Under the pieces are notes generated by a model, which searched no databases, was not told the origin of the DNA, and saw nothing but the letters and a program-made list of their open reading frames with translations. Position numbers and translations under genes: made by a program. A stretch of 64,000 nt of DNA from Escherichia coli O157:H7. GTDB taxonomy: Bacteria; Pseudomonadota; Gammaproteobacteria; Enterobacterales; Enterobacteriaceae. The stretch is from assembly GCF_013167455.1 (NCBI RefSeq), contig NZ_CP038328.1; one strand, 5' to 3'. Positions within the stretch are counted from its first letter, which is position 1, and each line of letters opens with the position of its first letter. This document shows, one piece after another, positions 9,789 to 20,084 of the stretch.

Positions 9789-10144
9789 TACTGGTAATCC
9801 CCTTCTTCACCGTGGAACTCAAGATCAACCGTGCCTTCTTCGGCATTATGGTTCGCTTCGCCGTGCAGCCAGGCAGACGACAGTACATAGACCTGACCGT
9901 TCGCCAGCTCGGCAGTGATGGTCATCTCATCAGACGAGGTGATTTTGCTTACCGGAAAATTCTTCGGCACCTTGAAGGTCCCTTTGACATAAGGCGCACG
10001 GTGAGTTTCCTTGCGGTCCACTGAACCGTCCAGGCCGATGATGTCATCGTTAACCGTTTTGTTCATGGGCACCTCAATGCCGCCGGTCAGCGATAGCTGC
10101 TGACCGTCAATTTTGAAATAACAGGTTCCCCCGATACGGGCCAT
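9788..10144 (-). CDS. Tail tube protein
   Basis: 118 aa, immediately after the sheath gene (ATTATG overlap). Confidence 0.8.
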   Translation of the reverse strand: MARIGGTCYFKIDGQQLSLTGGIEVPMNKTVNDDIIGLDGSVDRKETHRAPYVKGTFKVPKNFPVSKITSSDEMTITAELANGQVYVLSSAWLHGEANHNAEEGTVDLEFHGEEGDYQ

Positions 10145-11640
10145 TATGCAGACTCCTCTGAATACTGAAGACGGAACTGATTAACCACGGCAAAGACACG
10201 CAGCTGGTTAACATAGTCAGGCGGGAACAGCGTGTTCAGGCGGTTCGGATCGCTGGCATCACGCTCCACAACCAGGTACTGCTTAAACAGTTCGTAGTTT
10301 TCCACGATCCCCGCACGCTCAAGCTGACGGTAGGTTGCCAGCAGTTCCCCTTTGATCACCGCCGGGGTGACAATCGCCTGACCGGGACCAAAGCGGGTAC
10401 CGTCACTGGCAAGCTTGTGACGCCCGTACTTACTGGTAATGACGGATTTCAGTTTGCGCAGTACATACGCGCTGGTATGCAGCGTCTCACTGTCGAGGTA
10501 ACTGTTATCCGCAACCCCGTAAGCGTTTTTCCTGTACGTGGTGACATCACGCTGAATGCGTAGTACCCCGCTTTCGACATACGCCGTTGCCACGCCATGA
10601 GACAGCAGGGTCTGTTGTTCGGTCATCGTGAACCGTTTCCCCTTCGGCGCAGGCAGCATACCCACCAGCTCACCGGTCTGCGTGGGACGTGCCGGATCGT
10701 TGCGGATAAACACCGCTGCGCGGGCGGTACGGCTTGCCGCCAGCTCGTCGGCAGGCGTCTGGGTCTCTTTTTCGTACCCCGCCAGGGTAATGTGCTGCTG
10801 GTTAAACTGGTCACCTGCGGTCACCAGTTCTGACAGCGTGCCGATCTTTGCCGTATGCACATGACCATACAGCTGACGCGCATAGCTCCAGCGACCGCTG
10901 GTATCGTTCATCTCGGTCACCAGCGTGTTAACGGAGGCCGTGTCGTTGAACGGCAGGCCGATATAATCAAACGGCTCATCCGCCATTGCAGCCACCGCGC
11001 CGGTGAGAACCGGAGCACCCGTTCCGGCGGTACCCGTCGCCACGGCAATCTGTACGCCCGCTGGCAGCACTTCGCCCCCACCAAAGCCGTAGTAATTGAG
11101 GCTGACAGGAATTTCATTCCCACAAAGCCCCTTATGACGCGCGGTCAGTGTGACCACGCCTGCCAAAGATGAAGCCGTAAACGGCAGGGTCGGAACGGCA
11201 TTGATGGCATCCTGGATACTGCTGGCAATCATCGTGACGTTATCGCCGTTAGTCACCGGTGCCTGCACGCGGGTACGTCCTACATACACATTCACCGTGC
11301 CGGTTTCGGTTGCCGCCCCGGTCACCGTCAGCGTAACTGTTGCCGCCGCACCTGTGGATTCAGGAACGGCAATCACATACAGCTCGCCAAACGGGTCAGT
11401 CTGGCGATAAGCCTCGACCATACGCGCCAGCTGACTTCCCGCACCACAAATCTGGCGTGCATAGTCTGCCGACGACATCAGTACCAGACTGTTGGCAACA
11501 ATCTCTGCACCGTTATTGGCATGACCAATCAGCAGCGATGCTCCGCTGTCCTGTGCAGTATTCGCCGCCTGGTTATCCATTTCCGCATAAAACAACGGAA
11601 CCAGCGTATTCGACGGAATGGTGTTAAAGCTTATCGTCAT
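10144..11640 (-). CDS. Contractile tail sheath protein
   Basis: 498 aa, N-terminus MTISFNTIPSNTLVPLFYAE. Placed by synteny. Confidence 0.85.
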   Translation of the reverse strand: MTISFNTIPSNTLVPLFYAEMDNQAANTAQDSGASLLIGHANNGAEIVANSLVLMSSADYARQICGAGSQLARMVEAYRQTDPFGELYVIAVPESTGAAATVTLTVTGAATETGTVNVYVGRTRVQAPVTNGDNVTMIASSIQDAINAVPTLPFTASSLAGVVTLTARHKGLCGNEIPVSLNYYGFGGGEVLPAGVQIAVATGTAGTGAPVLTGAVAAMADEPFDYIGLPFNDTASVNTLVTEMNDTSGRWSYARQLYGHVHTAKIGTLSELVTAGDQFNQQHITLAGYEKETQTPADELAASRTARAAVFIRNDPARPTQTGELVGMLPAPKGKRFTMTEQQTLLSHGVATAYVESGVLRIQRDVTTYRKNAYGVADNSYLDSETLHTSAYVLRKLKSVITSKYGRHKLASDGTRFGPGQAIVTPAVIKGELLATYRQLERAGIVENYELFKQYLVVERDASDPNRLNTLFPPDYVNQLRVFAVVNQFRLQYSEESA

Positions 11641-11794
11641 CGGTGTTCACCTTTTTATTCACGCGCCGGATATCACCCGCTGCTTCACGGCGCAGCCAGT
11701 AGTTGTTCTCGTCAACATTTCGCCCTTCGGCGGGCAAAAGGTCGCCGCGGGCAGGGTCAGGCACTGACCGCCCTTTAACAGGTTTGACAAACAT
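11624..11794 (-). CDS. Small conserved tail-module protein (56 aa; DUF2635-like, tentative)
   Basis: Below the ORF-track cutoff. Hand translation: MFVKPVKGRSVPDPARGDLLPAEGRNVDENNYWLRREAAGDIRRVNKKVNTDDDKL. Overlaps the sheath start by 17 nt. Confidence 0.55.
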   Translation of the reverse strand: MFVKPVKGRSVPDPARGDLLPAEGRNVDENNYWLRREAAGDIRRVNKKVNTDDDKL

Positions 11795-11802
11795 GAGGAT
11801 CC

Positions 11803-12363
11803 TCAGGAAGGAAGGGTTATTTCGGTGTGATGTTCGATATCGCCGTCAGGCCCGTTACCGGGCTCGAGATAATCAACATCAATCGCCAGCGTTTGCAGTT
11901 CATCCAGACTGTTCAGATCATCCTGCTGGCGGGTATCGTCTTCAGTCAGCTCGCTGATGACCGAAAAATCGAACTGATAAATCAGCTCATGACGATTCAG
12001 ATCCAGCAGCGTGCCGCCGTCATAGGTAATCGGGTTACCGCACGCTTCCGGGTTCCAGCCCAGCAAGGCCTTAAAGAGCATCTGCCGGACATCGTCCACC
12101 ACATCATACGAAGCAAACTGACCGAGCTCATCACGCCCGTTACTCAGTATGACAACCACGGAGAAGCCCTCTTTCAGCTCCTGCCAGTAGTCGGTCTGGC
12201 TTTTGTTTTCTCCCGGAGAGTCATCACCCGGTACCACATACGCCGCCGGGAGTCTCAGCTTTCCGACCTCCGGCAGATTTTTGAACTGTGCCGCGCCTGC
12301 CACCCGGTTTTCAAAATACGGGCAGCGGGCACGCAGCGCAGCAATAACAGGCGTCAGTTTCAT
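11803..12363 (-). CDS. Tail completion / neck protein (Mu gp37-like, tentative)
   Basis: 186-aa ORF, coupled to neighbouring genes. Confidence 0.55.
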   Translation of the reverse strand: MKLTPVIAALRARCPYFENRVAGAAQFKNLPEVGKLRLPAAYVVPGDDSPGENKSQTDYWQELKEGFSVVVILSNGRDELGQFASYDVVDDVRQMLFKALLGWNPEACGNPITYDGGTLLDLNRHELIYQFDFSVISELTEDDTRQQDDLNSLDELQTLAIDVDYLEPGNGPDGDIEHHTEITLPS

Positions 12364-12866
12364 CTGCGTCGTCGCTCAGGCTTCAGTGATTTACGTAATT
12401 CTCGCGCCAGAAAATAGCGTGTCCAGCTGCGGTTCTTTTCAAGCGTTTCCACCATAAAGTTATTACGTGGAGCCAGCCGCCAGCCGCTGCCACCGGATGC
12501 ACCACGATGATGACTACGACGACGTTTTGCTCCTCCCCGGACACCAAAAAACAGAAACGCCGGATAGAAGTCACCAGAGATCATCCGGTTCCCCTTCCCG
12601 TTGCGCTGGTTAGGGGCAATGCGTGTCATAAAACCGGCTCGCTTTTTACTGGCTCTCGGCACCATGTAACCAATCGAACGAGCCAGGCGTCCGGTCTGAT
12701 AACCGGGGTTTTCACCCGGTGCCGACCGCGCACGGCGCATCACCAGCCGACGGGCATCACGCATATGACGCTGCCCAATCGTGACAAACGCCCGCCGGAC
12801 ACGGGCGCGGTTAAAGCGCATCTCGGCGGGCTGCTGAACATCAACGTGAAAAAAGGGAGTCGCCAT
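12360..12866 (-). CDS. HK97 gp10-family tail-completion protein
   Basis: 168 aa, basic, with the motif GENPGYQTGRLARSI. Confidence 0.65.
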   Translation of the reverse strand: MATPFFHVDVQQPAEMRFNRARVRRAFVTIGQRHMRDARRLVMRRARSAPGENPGYQTGRLARSIGYMVPRASKKRAGFMTRIAPNQRNGKGNRMISGDFYPAFLFFGVRGGAKRRRSHHRGASGGSGWRLAPRNNFMVETLEKNRSWTRYFLARELRKSLKPERRRR

Positions 12867-13251
12867 TGCTGCCTCCGTGACTCTGCGTAAATTCGCCCAG
12901 TTCCGTACACTCCAGCAGCAGAAAGCGCCGCGCCCCGTTCAGATCGCGCTGACGTTTCACCCGGTACACACTGTCATCACAGACCACCTCATAATCAGCA
13001 GTGATCCCGCGGCGGTAGCGAATGGTGATGTAATGGGTGATGGCGTCCCCGGTCTGCGCGGTTTCCTGCCAGGTGGTGGCACTGGTCTGGATAACCTTCG
13101 CCCATGCCCGGAACGCAACCGGGTATTGAGGCTCCACGCCAAAGTTATCCGCGGGCATATCCACCCGCTGGCGGATCAGGACGCGTTTATTCAGTTCGCC
13201 GGGGTCCGGCAGTATGTAGGTTGCGCTGGTCTGCGCCTGACGAATTTTCAT
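12841..13251 (-). CDS. Head-tail adaptor / head closure protein
   Basis: 136 aa with the pattern LNKRVLIRQ...AWAKV...ITIRYRRGI...YRV. Confidence 0.7.
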   Translation of the reverse strand: MKIRQAQTSATYILPDPGELNKRVLIRQRVDMPADNFGVEPQYPVAFRAWAKVIQTSATTWQETAQTGDAITHYITIRYRRGITADYEVVCDDSVYRVKRQRDLNGARRFLLLECTELGEFTQSHGGSNGDSLFSR

Positions 13252-13571
13252 AGTGGTATAAGGCGATAAGGAGCAACCAACCAGTTAAAACTCATTGGCA
13301 ACTCCATTTTCTCAACGTCTGTAACCGTTGAGCGGTTTTCGTAGAAATGGCTGACAAGTAGCAGAAGTGCCAGCTTCACATCATCAGATATCACAAGCCC
13401 ATCAGGATCATCCGCAGGCCTGTCATCTGCGGTTGCATACAACTTACGGTTAAGGAAGTTTTCCGTACGACTCTGAGCGGCCTTACCAAGCAGTTCAAGC
13501 AACTCATCTTCATCAGAGAAATCATCATCCAGACGGAGCTGAAGCTTAATCTCTTCCATTTTTAACAGCAT
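13248..13571 (-). CDS. Head-tail connector protein (gp6-like)
   Basis: Start moved to ATG 13571, preceded by AGGAGG. Acidic 107-aa protein. Confidence 0.7.
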   Translation of the reverse strand: MLLKMEEIKLQLRLDDDFSDEDELLELLGKAAQSRTENFLNRKLYATADDRPADDPDGLVISDDVKLALLLLVSHFYENRSTVTDVEKMELPMSFNWLVAPYRLIPL

Positions 13572-13603
13572 AAAACCTCCTGTGCCCGCCAGAACGCGGG
13601 CAC

Positions 13604-13623
13604 AAAAAAACCGCATTACGCGG
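13604..13623 (-). terminator. Intrinsic terminator/attenuator after the major capsid gene
   Basis: On the minus strand, hairpin CCGCGTAATGCGG is followed by T7. A second hairpin (13582-13603) precedes the next RBS. Confidence 0.65.
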
Positions 13624-13649
13624 CGTGCTGTATTACGTAAAAAGACTAA

Positions 13650-14879
13650 TCAACCACCAACGCTACCTTTCCCCACCAGCGCTTTAATGGCAGAGGTGTC
13701 TTCCAGGATACAGTCAAAACGATGGAAGGCCAGAAAACCGGTCTGATCATATTCCGCGTAACGCTCAACCAGACGTTTAAGAATCATGTATCGCACACGA
13801 CGGATAATGAAGCGATCAAAGTCACCACAGAACATGAATTTTTTACCCGCCCCGATATCATCAATTTCCTGATCAATGACATACGGTACATTCAACACTG
13901 AAGCAGGTGCCACACCAACAATATCCGGCAACCATAAAGGGCGTCCCTGACCGTCTTCCATCTCACTGATCAGTTTCAGCGTATTATCGTTAAACGCCAG
14001 GCGGAATTTCGGTCCGCGACGATATGCAGGATCAATGCTGTGTTTCAGAGCCAGAATTTCCTGCCACTTCACCGTATTTGCCGCGGCAGTCTGTGTTGTG
14101 CCGGTCACAGATGCGACCAGCCCTTTGGGTTGTTTAGGCGTACCAGCACCAGTTCCCTGAATCAGATAACGGGCTTCACCACGACCAATACGTTCAGCAA
14201 TGCGACGGGCAAGATAAGCTTCCATATCGATCGCACTGTCCTGCAGCAACTCATTAGACACACGAATTATTTTCGATGTCATTTTGAGCGCCCCAAGGCT
14301 TCCCATACCGAAATCGGTGTCTTCTTCACCGGCTTCTTCATTTTCGCCCAGCAGAACACCAACTTCGGAAGTACCATCAGCTGTTGCCCACTCCATAGTG
14401 CGACCGTCAGAAGTGGTAAGAATCTGCGCCACACTGGCGATGCCACCGTAGGATTTCATCTTCTCAACAACTTTCGCCAGGAATGTTTCTGGTACGGTAT
14501 ATCCGCCCTTTTCATCCTGAGCTACGCCCTGGGCACGAAGTTCACGCAACGCCTTTCGTTCTTCTGATGTCAGCTCACTGGCACCGTGACGCATCCACTT
14601 ATCAAAAACCTGAGCTCGTTTCTCATCCTGTTGTGGATTGTTTTCCGGATCAAGATTCTGACGCTGCTCTTCCTCATTGCTTTCAATGTACGCCTGATCC
14701 TGACGACGCAGTTCTTCTTCGCGTGCAATTCGTTCATCAAGCGCTTCCAGTTCGGATTTTGCTTTGTTCCACTCAGTGCGCTGCTCTTCCGTCCATGCGT
14801 TATCACCAATTTTTTCATTCAGGGCGCGCATGTCAGTTGCGATAGTATTACGTTTCTGTTTCAGTTCATGCAGTTTCAT
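13650..14879 (-). CDS. Major capsid protein, HK97 family
   Basis: 409 aa with a coiled-coil delta-like N-part. Lies downstream of the protease. Confidence 0.9.
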   Translation of the reverse strand: MKLHELKQKRNTIATDMRALNEKIGDNAWTEEQRTEWNKAKSELEALDERIAREEELRRQDQAYIESNEEEQRQNLDPENNPQQDEKRAQVFDKWMRHGASELTSEERKALRELRAQGVAQDEKGGYTVPETFLAKVVEKMKSYGGIASVAQILTTSDGRTMEWATADGTSEVGVLLGENEEAGEEDTDFGMGSLGALKMTSKIIRVSNELLQDSAIDMEAYLARRIAERIGRGEARYLIQGTGAGTPKQPKGLVASVTGTTQTAAANTVKWQEILALKHSIDPAYRRGPKFRLAFNDNTLKLISEMEDGQGRPLWLPDIVGVAPASVLNVPYVIDQEIDDIGAGKKFMFCGDFDRFIIRRVRYMILKRLVERYAEYDQTGFLAFHRFDCILEDTSAIKALVGKGSVGG

Positions 14880-14889
14880 GATGTTTCCT

Positions 14890-15492
14890 TTACGCGTTAA
14901 GAAGGGTCAGGACGCGTTCACGCGCCATACGTTGATTAATGGCTTTCTGTAGCGCGCCGCTGTTGCGCGCCTCCTGCCATGCTTTCATGGAGCGAACAGC
15001 CGAGTCAGCCTCCTGATAGGCAGGATATGTCACAGGACTGACATCCAGCAGACGGGAAAAGCGGGTTATCTCGCGAATAACAACCCCGTCCTCATCCTGA
15101 TACCACTCCTCGCCGTCACGGGCGACACGGAAAGCAAAAGATGACTGGTTAATATCTCCACGTTGCATCGGGGCCAGCACCAGATCACGAATGGTCTGTG
15201 TCTCCGGAGCCTGGATGTCATAGCGCAATCCGCGCTCATCAACTGAAAGATTCAGCGTGCCTGCTGCACTACGCCCAAGAATAAAATTAGGATCGTGGTT
15301 AAACAGTGCGCGTACATCATCACCAAGCACATCGTCAAAAGCGCCGGGCCGGATGATTTCGCGGAATGAACCAAATATCAGCTCAGAACGACAGTCAAAC
15401 ACCGATCCATAACCGATAATGTGCGCAGGGTTATCGTCATGCCGCTCAGCACGCACCTCACCGCTGTAACAACGGATTTCACGGTCATTCAT
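14890..15492 (-). CDS. Prohead serine protease, HK97 family
   Basis: Start set at MNDREIRC (ATGAATGA overlap with the portal stop). Confidence 0.85.
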   Translation of the reverse strand: MNDREIRCYSGEVRAERHDDNPAHIIGYGSVFDCRSELIFGSFREIIRPGAFDDVLGDDVRALFNHDPNFILGRSAAGTLNLSVDERGLRYDIQAPETQTIRDLVLAPMQRGDINQSSFAFRVARDGEEWYQDEDGVVIREITRFSRLLDVSPVTYPAYQEADSAVRSMKAWQEARNSGALQKAINQRMARERVLTLLNA

Positions 15493-16711
15493 TGGTTTTT
15501 CCCTCATCATTTTTTGGGGGCTTAAAATCTCCTGCCGGGTTAGCAGCATTCACGCTTACCAGCATCTCATCCAGCCCTTCAACCGGATTCATATCCTCGA
15601 ATGCGCGGGCTTCATTACGGCTCATCCATCCATCGGTAATAGCGAAGTGATAGAATTGCGCGCGCTCCTGCGGAGTTCCGCGTAAAAGCCCCGTCAGATT
15701 GAACCTAACGTAATACCCGGCGGCTAACTCAGCGCGGGTAAACAAGCGACGGTTAAGCTCCTGCTCCCAGTTCGTTACCCACGGCATCATCGTGTAGCGG
15801 ACAAACTGAATCGCCTGCGCAGAAATATTGGAGAAGGTGGCTTTTTCGAGGTCATTAATCATGTGCGCAGGAATATTGAAAATACCGGCAATCATTGAAC
15901 GGTTCAGTTTCATCATGTCAATGATCTGAGCGTCAACTGGCGACACAGTCAGTGCCTTGTAATCCAGATCGGCTGGCAGCAGCATGGTTTTGTTTTCCTG
16001 GCTGCGTAACGCCTGCGATGCCTTCTGCCACTGATCTTTAAGCCAGCCCCAGCTGTCCTTATTGAGTCCGCTTTTAACGGATACTATCCCCGCCGGACGG
16101 GCATTACCGCTGAAGAAGCTTTCTGTGTATTTCTGACCGCTCATCCCCATGCCTATTGTTTCGGCATGTTGCATAATCGGACTCAGCCCCATCTTCTGAT
16201 TATTACCCAGCGCACGGATGTGGATCATATCGTCGGGGCTGATCGCAAACGCCCCATATTCGTTGTACAAACCGTAGGTATATCGGCCACCAGTATTCAT
16301 CAGCGTCGTTTCCCACGGCATACAGCAATCCAGGGATATGACTTCACCGCGACGATTACGTTTCACCCAGGTATACCCATTCCCCCAGCCAAGGATGTGA
16401 CGTTGCTTCAGTTCGCGCCATTTGTAACTGGTTTGCCAGGTATTGGGCTCATCATGAACCAGATAAAACGCCGGATGATCGCGTGCGGGCTCAACCTTCC
16501 CATTGTGCCTGCGCATAACATGCAACGGCATCTGGGCAAGGCTGGAAGACAGGACATAGATACAGGAATACACCGCAGCCAGTTTCATCGCAGTTTCAGG
16601 ACTGACATAAACGTCTGTCCGGAACAGCCCATCAGTATCAACGGCATCCCCGGTTATCGGGGTGGAAGGATTCTCCAGTGATTTACTTCTGAACAGAGCA
16701 TCAAGCAGCAC
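15485..16711 (-). CDS. Portal protein, HK97 family
   Basis: 408 aa, GTG start. Confidence 0.9.
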   Translation of the reverse strand: MLLDALFRSKSLENPSTPITGDAVDTDGLFRTDVYVSPETAMKLAAVYSCIYVLSSSLAQMPLHVMRRHNGKVEPARDHPAFYLVHDEPNTWQTSYKWRELKQRHILGWGNGYTWVKRNRRGEVISLDCCMPWETTLMNTGGRYTYGLYNEYGAFAISPDDMIHIRALGNNQKMGLSPIMQHAETIGMGMSGQKYTESFFSGNARPAGIVSVKSGLNKDSWGWLKDQWQKASQALRSQENKTMLLPADLDYKALTVSPVDAQIIDMMKLNRSMIAGIFNIPAHMINDLEKATFSNISAQAIQFVRYTMMPWVTNWEQELNRRLFTRAELAAGYYVRFNLTGLLRGTPQERAQFYHFAITDGWMSRNEARAFEDMNPVEGLDEMLVSVNAANPAGDFKPPKNDEGKTNE

Positions 16712-16862
16712 GCGTCCCCCTTCTGGCCATAGCCAGTGCGCCCACCAGCAGTAAACCGCCGGACAGCATCAGAGCCGGAGCCATACCAAACTGCAGGTAA
16801 AACCCGCACGTAAGCAGGCCAAAACCAGCCAGCCCGATAACATCAGCAATTAGTGATTTCAT
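16701..16862 (-). CDS. Small hydrophobic protein between terminase and portal (53 aa)
   Basis: Hand translation: [57 protein letters not shown] overlap with the terL stop. Confidence 0.5.
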   Translation of the reverse strand: MKSLIADVIGLAGFGLLTCGFYLQFGMAPALMLSGGLLLVGALAMARRGTRAA

Positions 16863-18592
16863 AGAATTAAGAGAGCATCGTCCGGATCAAGAGATGAGAG
16901 GAAATCGTCGGGTTCTTTGAGCATTGCCCGACCGATCGCCATAATCAGCGCAACCGCACCATCGATTTTGTTTTCCGCCTGCTCCTTGACAGGCTTCACC
17001 ACATCATCGTTACCCGGAATGGTTTTGCCGACCACGTTGCCGATACACCAGGTCATGATGGGATTGCCGTCATGATGAAAGCGCCCCGATTCAATCGCCG
17101 CTTCCAGCTCTTTCATCGGATCGGACATGTTGGTGTAGTTCTGAATGATGGTGATGGGGTTCAGGTCTTCATCAGCAAGGTCATGCGACAGCCCGGTCGC
17201 CCCGAAGGGGTCGATGGGTGACTCACTGACCGGGCTGATTTTGTTCGCCGCTTTGGCCTCCTCGAGGATGTACCGATAATCCACCTCCGCACCAGCGGTA
17301 ACAGTCAGAACGCCCATTTCCACCCATTTCTGAAAGCGTTCGGCTGTCCGGCGATCTTCATTTTTCTCGACGCTGTACACCGTGTCATACGGTACCCAGA
17401 AACGCGGGGCCACACTGTAGTAATGCGTTTTACCGTCAATCTCGCGGGTATAAAGTCGCGCCATGCTGTTCATATCCAGCTTACGCGCCAGGTCAAAGGC
17501 CAGAATGCACGGCTGCCCCTCGAACTGCTCAAGGGTCAGTGATTTATCCTCGCAGCTCTGCCAGCTCACCAGGTTGAAATACGCCGAACGCGCCGACACC
17601 CAGATATTGAGGTGTTTTGTTTTAAAGACGTTTGCCAGACGGGCGTTATTTTTCGCACGCTGCTGCTGACTTAACAAAAATTCGCGATAAACCGACACGC
17701 CAATATTTGGATTGGCTTTTTCCAGCACCTGCGGGTCGATCCAGTCGTCACCTTCATCAACGGTATAGATGATCCCGAACAGTTCATCGTTGGGTACCGA
17801 ACCGTTGAGCATCTCGATAACTTCCCGCCGCTTGTCGTAGCACGGCCCCTCAATGTTGTACCCGGCGGTGGTGATGGCCCACATCAGTGGCTGACGTCGC
17901 GCCCCCATCCCGGTAAGCATCGTGGTATAAAGCGCATCGGTGGCGTGCTCGTGATATTCATCCACCACCGCACAGTGGGGTGATGAACCATCACCAGGGT
18001 TACCGATCAGCGGTTCAAACCGCGCACCATCCTCCGGACGGTTCATGTTTGAGGCGTTAACCTCAATCCCGAACGCTTCCGTCAGCATGGGTGTGCGTTT
18101 ACACATCAGTCGTGCCGGACGAAAGACTTCCCATGCCTGTTTCTCCGTCGTGGCACCGGAATACACTTCCGCGCCGAACTCGTTATCACAGGCAAAACAA
18201 TACAGGGCGACACCGGCAGAGATTGCCGATTTGCCGTTCTTACGGGGGATTTCGGTATACACCTCCCGGAAGCGGCGCAGCCGGGAGCCTTTATTGACCC
18301 AGCCAAACGCGCAGCAGATCACAAAGAGCTGCCACGGCTCCAGCGTGATGGGCATCCGTTTGAATGCCCACTCACCCTTGGTGTGCGGCAACAGCTGAAT
18401 AAATTTCGCGGCCCGTTCAGCCAGGTCCTTGTCGAAGCGGTAACGAAACGACTTACTTTTTTCCGCCATCAGGTCATCAAGATGGCGCTGGCAGGCCTGA
18501 ATCACAAACTGGCAGGCCACAATCTTTCCGCGCACGACATCACGGGCATACTGATTTGCAGCATTTACGTTGGGGTAAGATTTCCGGCTCAT
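16859..18592 (-). CDS. Terminase large subunit
   Basis: 577 aa, Walker A-like PRKNGKS. Confidence 0.9.
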   Translation of the reverse strand: MSRKSYPNVNAANQYARDVVRGKIVACQFVIQACQRHLDDLMAEKSKSFRYRFDKDLAERAAKFIQLLPHTKGEWAFKRMPITLEPWQLFVICCAFGWVNKGSRLRRFREVYTEIPRKNGKSAISAGVALYCFACDNEFGAEVYSGATTEKQAWEVFRPARLMCKRTPMLTEAFGIEVNASNMNRPEDGARFEPLIGNPGDGSSPHCAVVDEYHEHATDALYTTMLTGMGARRQPLMWAITTAGYNIEGPCYDKRREVIEMLNGSVPNDELFGIIYTVDEGDDWIDPQVLEKANPNIGVSVYREFLLSQQQRAKNNARLANVFKTKHLNIWVSARSAYFNLVSWQSCEDKSLTLEQFEGQPCILAFDLARKLDMNSMARLYTREIDGKTHYYSVAPRFWVPYDTVYSVEKNEDRRTAERFQKWVEMGVLTVTAGAEVDYRYILEEAKAANKISPVSESPIDPFGATGLSHDLADEDLNPITIIQNYTNMSDPMKELEAAIESGRFHHDGNPIMTWCIGNVVGKTIPGNDDVVKPVKEQAENKIDGAVALIMAIGRAMLKEPDDFLSSLDPDDALLIL

Positions 18593-19092
18593 GATTCGAT
18601 AATTTTCAGAAACGGGTTAGTGGCTTTCTTCTGCCCCGCCAGGCCAATCAGACGCTGGCGGCTGCTGGGGTCGAGTCCGAGCATTGCCCCCGTACTGCTC
18701 ATCTCGGACTCCTGTTCTTTTTTGGCGGTCAGCTCCGGATTTTTGACCATGCCGCCCATTGCACCGGTGATGGTGTTGCCCTGTCTGGCAATATTTTTCA
18801 CGGCACGTCGCCAGAACTCATAGGCCACGCACCACCGCTCAAGCACCGCGAGGTCAGTCACGCACAGCAGGCCCTGACCGCAGAGTTCTTTGGTTGTCAG
18901 TTGCCACATGATCGTGGCGAGAGGGAGATCTTCTTCAGCGAACCACTCCGGTGGCTCAACACCTTTGATGGGCGTAAAAACAGGTTCATCTTTGTTCAGG
19001 GCTCGCTTGCCGGGGTTTCCGGCCAGCGCCTTGCGCGCCGTTGGCTTGGGGCGACGCCCGGAACGCCCCGCCGTTCCAGCCATATGCGGCAC
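18589..19092 (-). CDS. Terminase small subunit (P27 family)
   Basis: 167 aa, N-terminus [22 protein letters not shown]. Confidence 0.85.
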   Translation of the reverse strand: MPHMAGTAGRSGRRPKPTARKALAGNPGKRALNKDEPVFTPIKGVEPPEWFAEEDLPLATIMWQLTTKELCGQGLLCVTDLAVLERWCVAYEFWRRAVKNIARQGNTITGAMGGMVKNPELTAKKEQESEMSSTGAMLGLDPSSRQRLIGLAGQKKATNPFLKIIES

Positions 19093-19133
19093 TCCTGGTT
19101 AAATTTCATTTTTCGCGGGTATAAAAAAACGAT

Positions 19134-19182
19134 GGGGCGGGCAGTCCGGAAGACGTCAGGTCACAGGGATTTGACCCGCCCC
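19134..19182. other. Candidate cos region
   Basis: GGGGCGGG and CCCGCCCC are inverted 8-mers 33 bp apart. They lie in the 116-bp gap between the HNH gene and terS, where HK97-type phages place cos. Confidence 0.35.
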
Positions 19183-19208
19183 TCCCCTCTGGCAGTGGGA
19201 ACTGGTTC

Positions 19209-19559
19209 TTACTTCAGCCGTTCACGGGCCGTCTTCGCCTTATGACACGGCCAGCACAGGCTCTGCAGATTGCTGTCGGCATCAGTGCCGCCATGCGCTT
19301 TAGGGATGATGTGGTCAACGGTTTTCGCCTCGCGCACCACACCGGCACGCAAACACAACTGACACAGGCCTTTGTCACGCTTTAGTACACGCCCCCGGAT
19401 AACATCCCATTTCGAACCATAACCGCGCTGGTGTCGGGACTGGCCTGGCTTGTATTGCTTCCAGCCCTCGCTTTTGTGGCTTTCGCAATAACCTGACGGG
19501 TCAGTCGTGGTATGGCGGCAGCCGCGAACTCGGCAGGCTTTTGGGGTTCGTGGTGGCAT
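19209..19559 (-). CDS. HNH endonuclease (packaging-associated)
   Basis: Start set at MPPRTPKACRV (GGAG upstream). Motifs CQLC...VDHIIP...N...LCWPCH. Confidence 0.85.
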   Translation of the reverse strand: MPPRTPKACRVRGCRHTTTDPSGYCESHKSEGWKQYKPGQSRHQRGYGSKWDVIRGRVLKRDKGLCQLCLRAGVVREAKTVDHIIPKAHGGTDADSNLQSLCWPCHKAKTARERLK

Positions 19560-19679
19560 ATGTACTCCAATGAAGAAGCTACCGACATAGCCTCCTCCAT
19601 TCGTCGTGAAACTATTTTCATCTACCCAGTAATGAATTCTTTGAAGAGTTGTAATCAATACAACTCGCTAATGGAGAGG

Positions 19680-19701
19680 CTTGTCTCACACGTGAGACAA
19701 G
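19680..19701. repeat. Perfect 10+10 bp palindrome CTTGTCTCAC-AC-GTGAGACAAG
   Basis: Read directly. Lies in the noncoding gap upstream of the HNH gene. Confidence 0.6.
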
Positions 19702-19781
19702 CTTCCTGTTTGATTTACTGGACACTATAGAAGGACAGAATGCCTTCCTCACTCGAATCACATCAATTAAGGAGGTTCAAC

Positions 19782-19904
19782 ATGTTTCATTCCACAAGTC
19801 ATCAGGCTGTAATTATGGCAGCATCAGTTTGTGCCACAGACCTTTTCCGCTTCACTTTGAGCCTGATTCATTTCTACCTGACCGGCTCGCCTCTATCTTT
19901 TTAA
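19782..19904 (+). CDS. Possible 40-aa hydrophobic peptide
   Basis: AAGGAGG lies 6 nt before the ATG. Hand translation: MFHSTSHQAVIMAASVCATDLFRFTLSLIHFYLTGSPLSF. Confidence 0.3.
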   Translation: MFHSTSHQAVIMAASVCATDLFRFTLSLIHFYLTGSPLSF

Positions 19905-20084
19905 TCCCCGCTTTATCCAAATTGCATTGCCAGAATGCCGACAACAGACTGACATTCAAATCCTGACTACCTCCAATAGTCTGACCGTACACCTATATAG
20001 TTTTAATTTTCATCAATCCATTTAACTATCGTTTAATTGTTGTCACATAGGATTCTGCCGTTTTTAACAATGCAGGATAATAAG

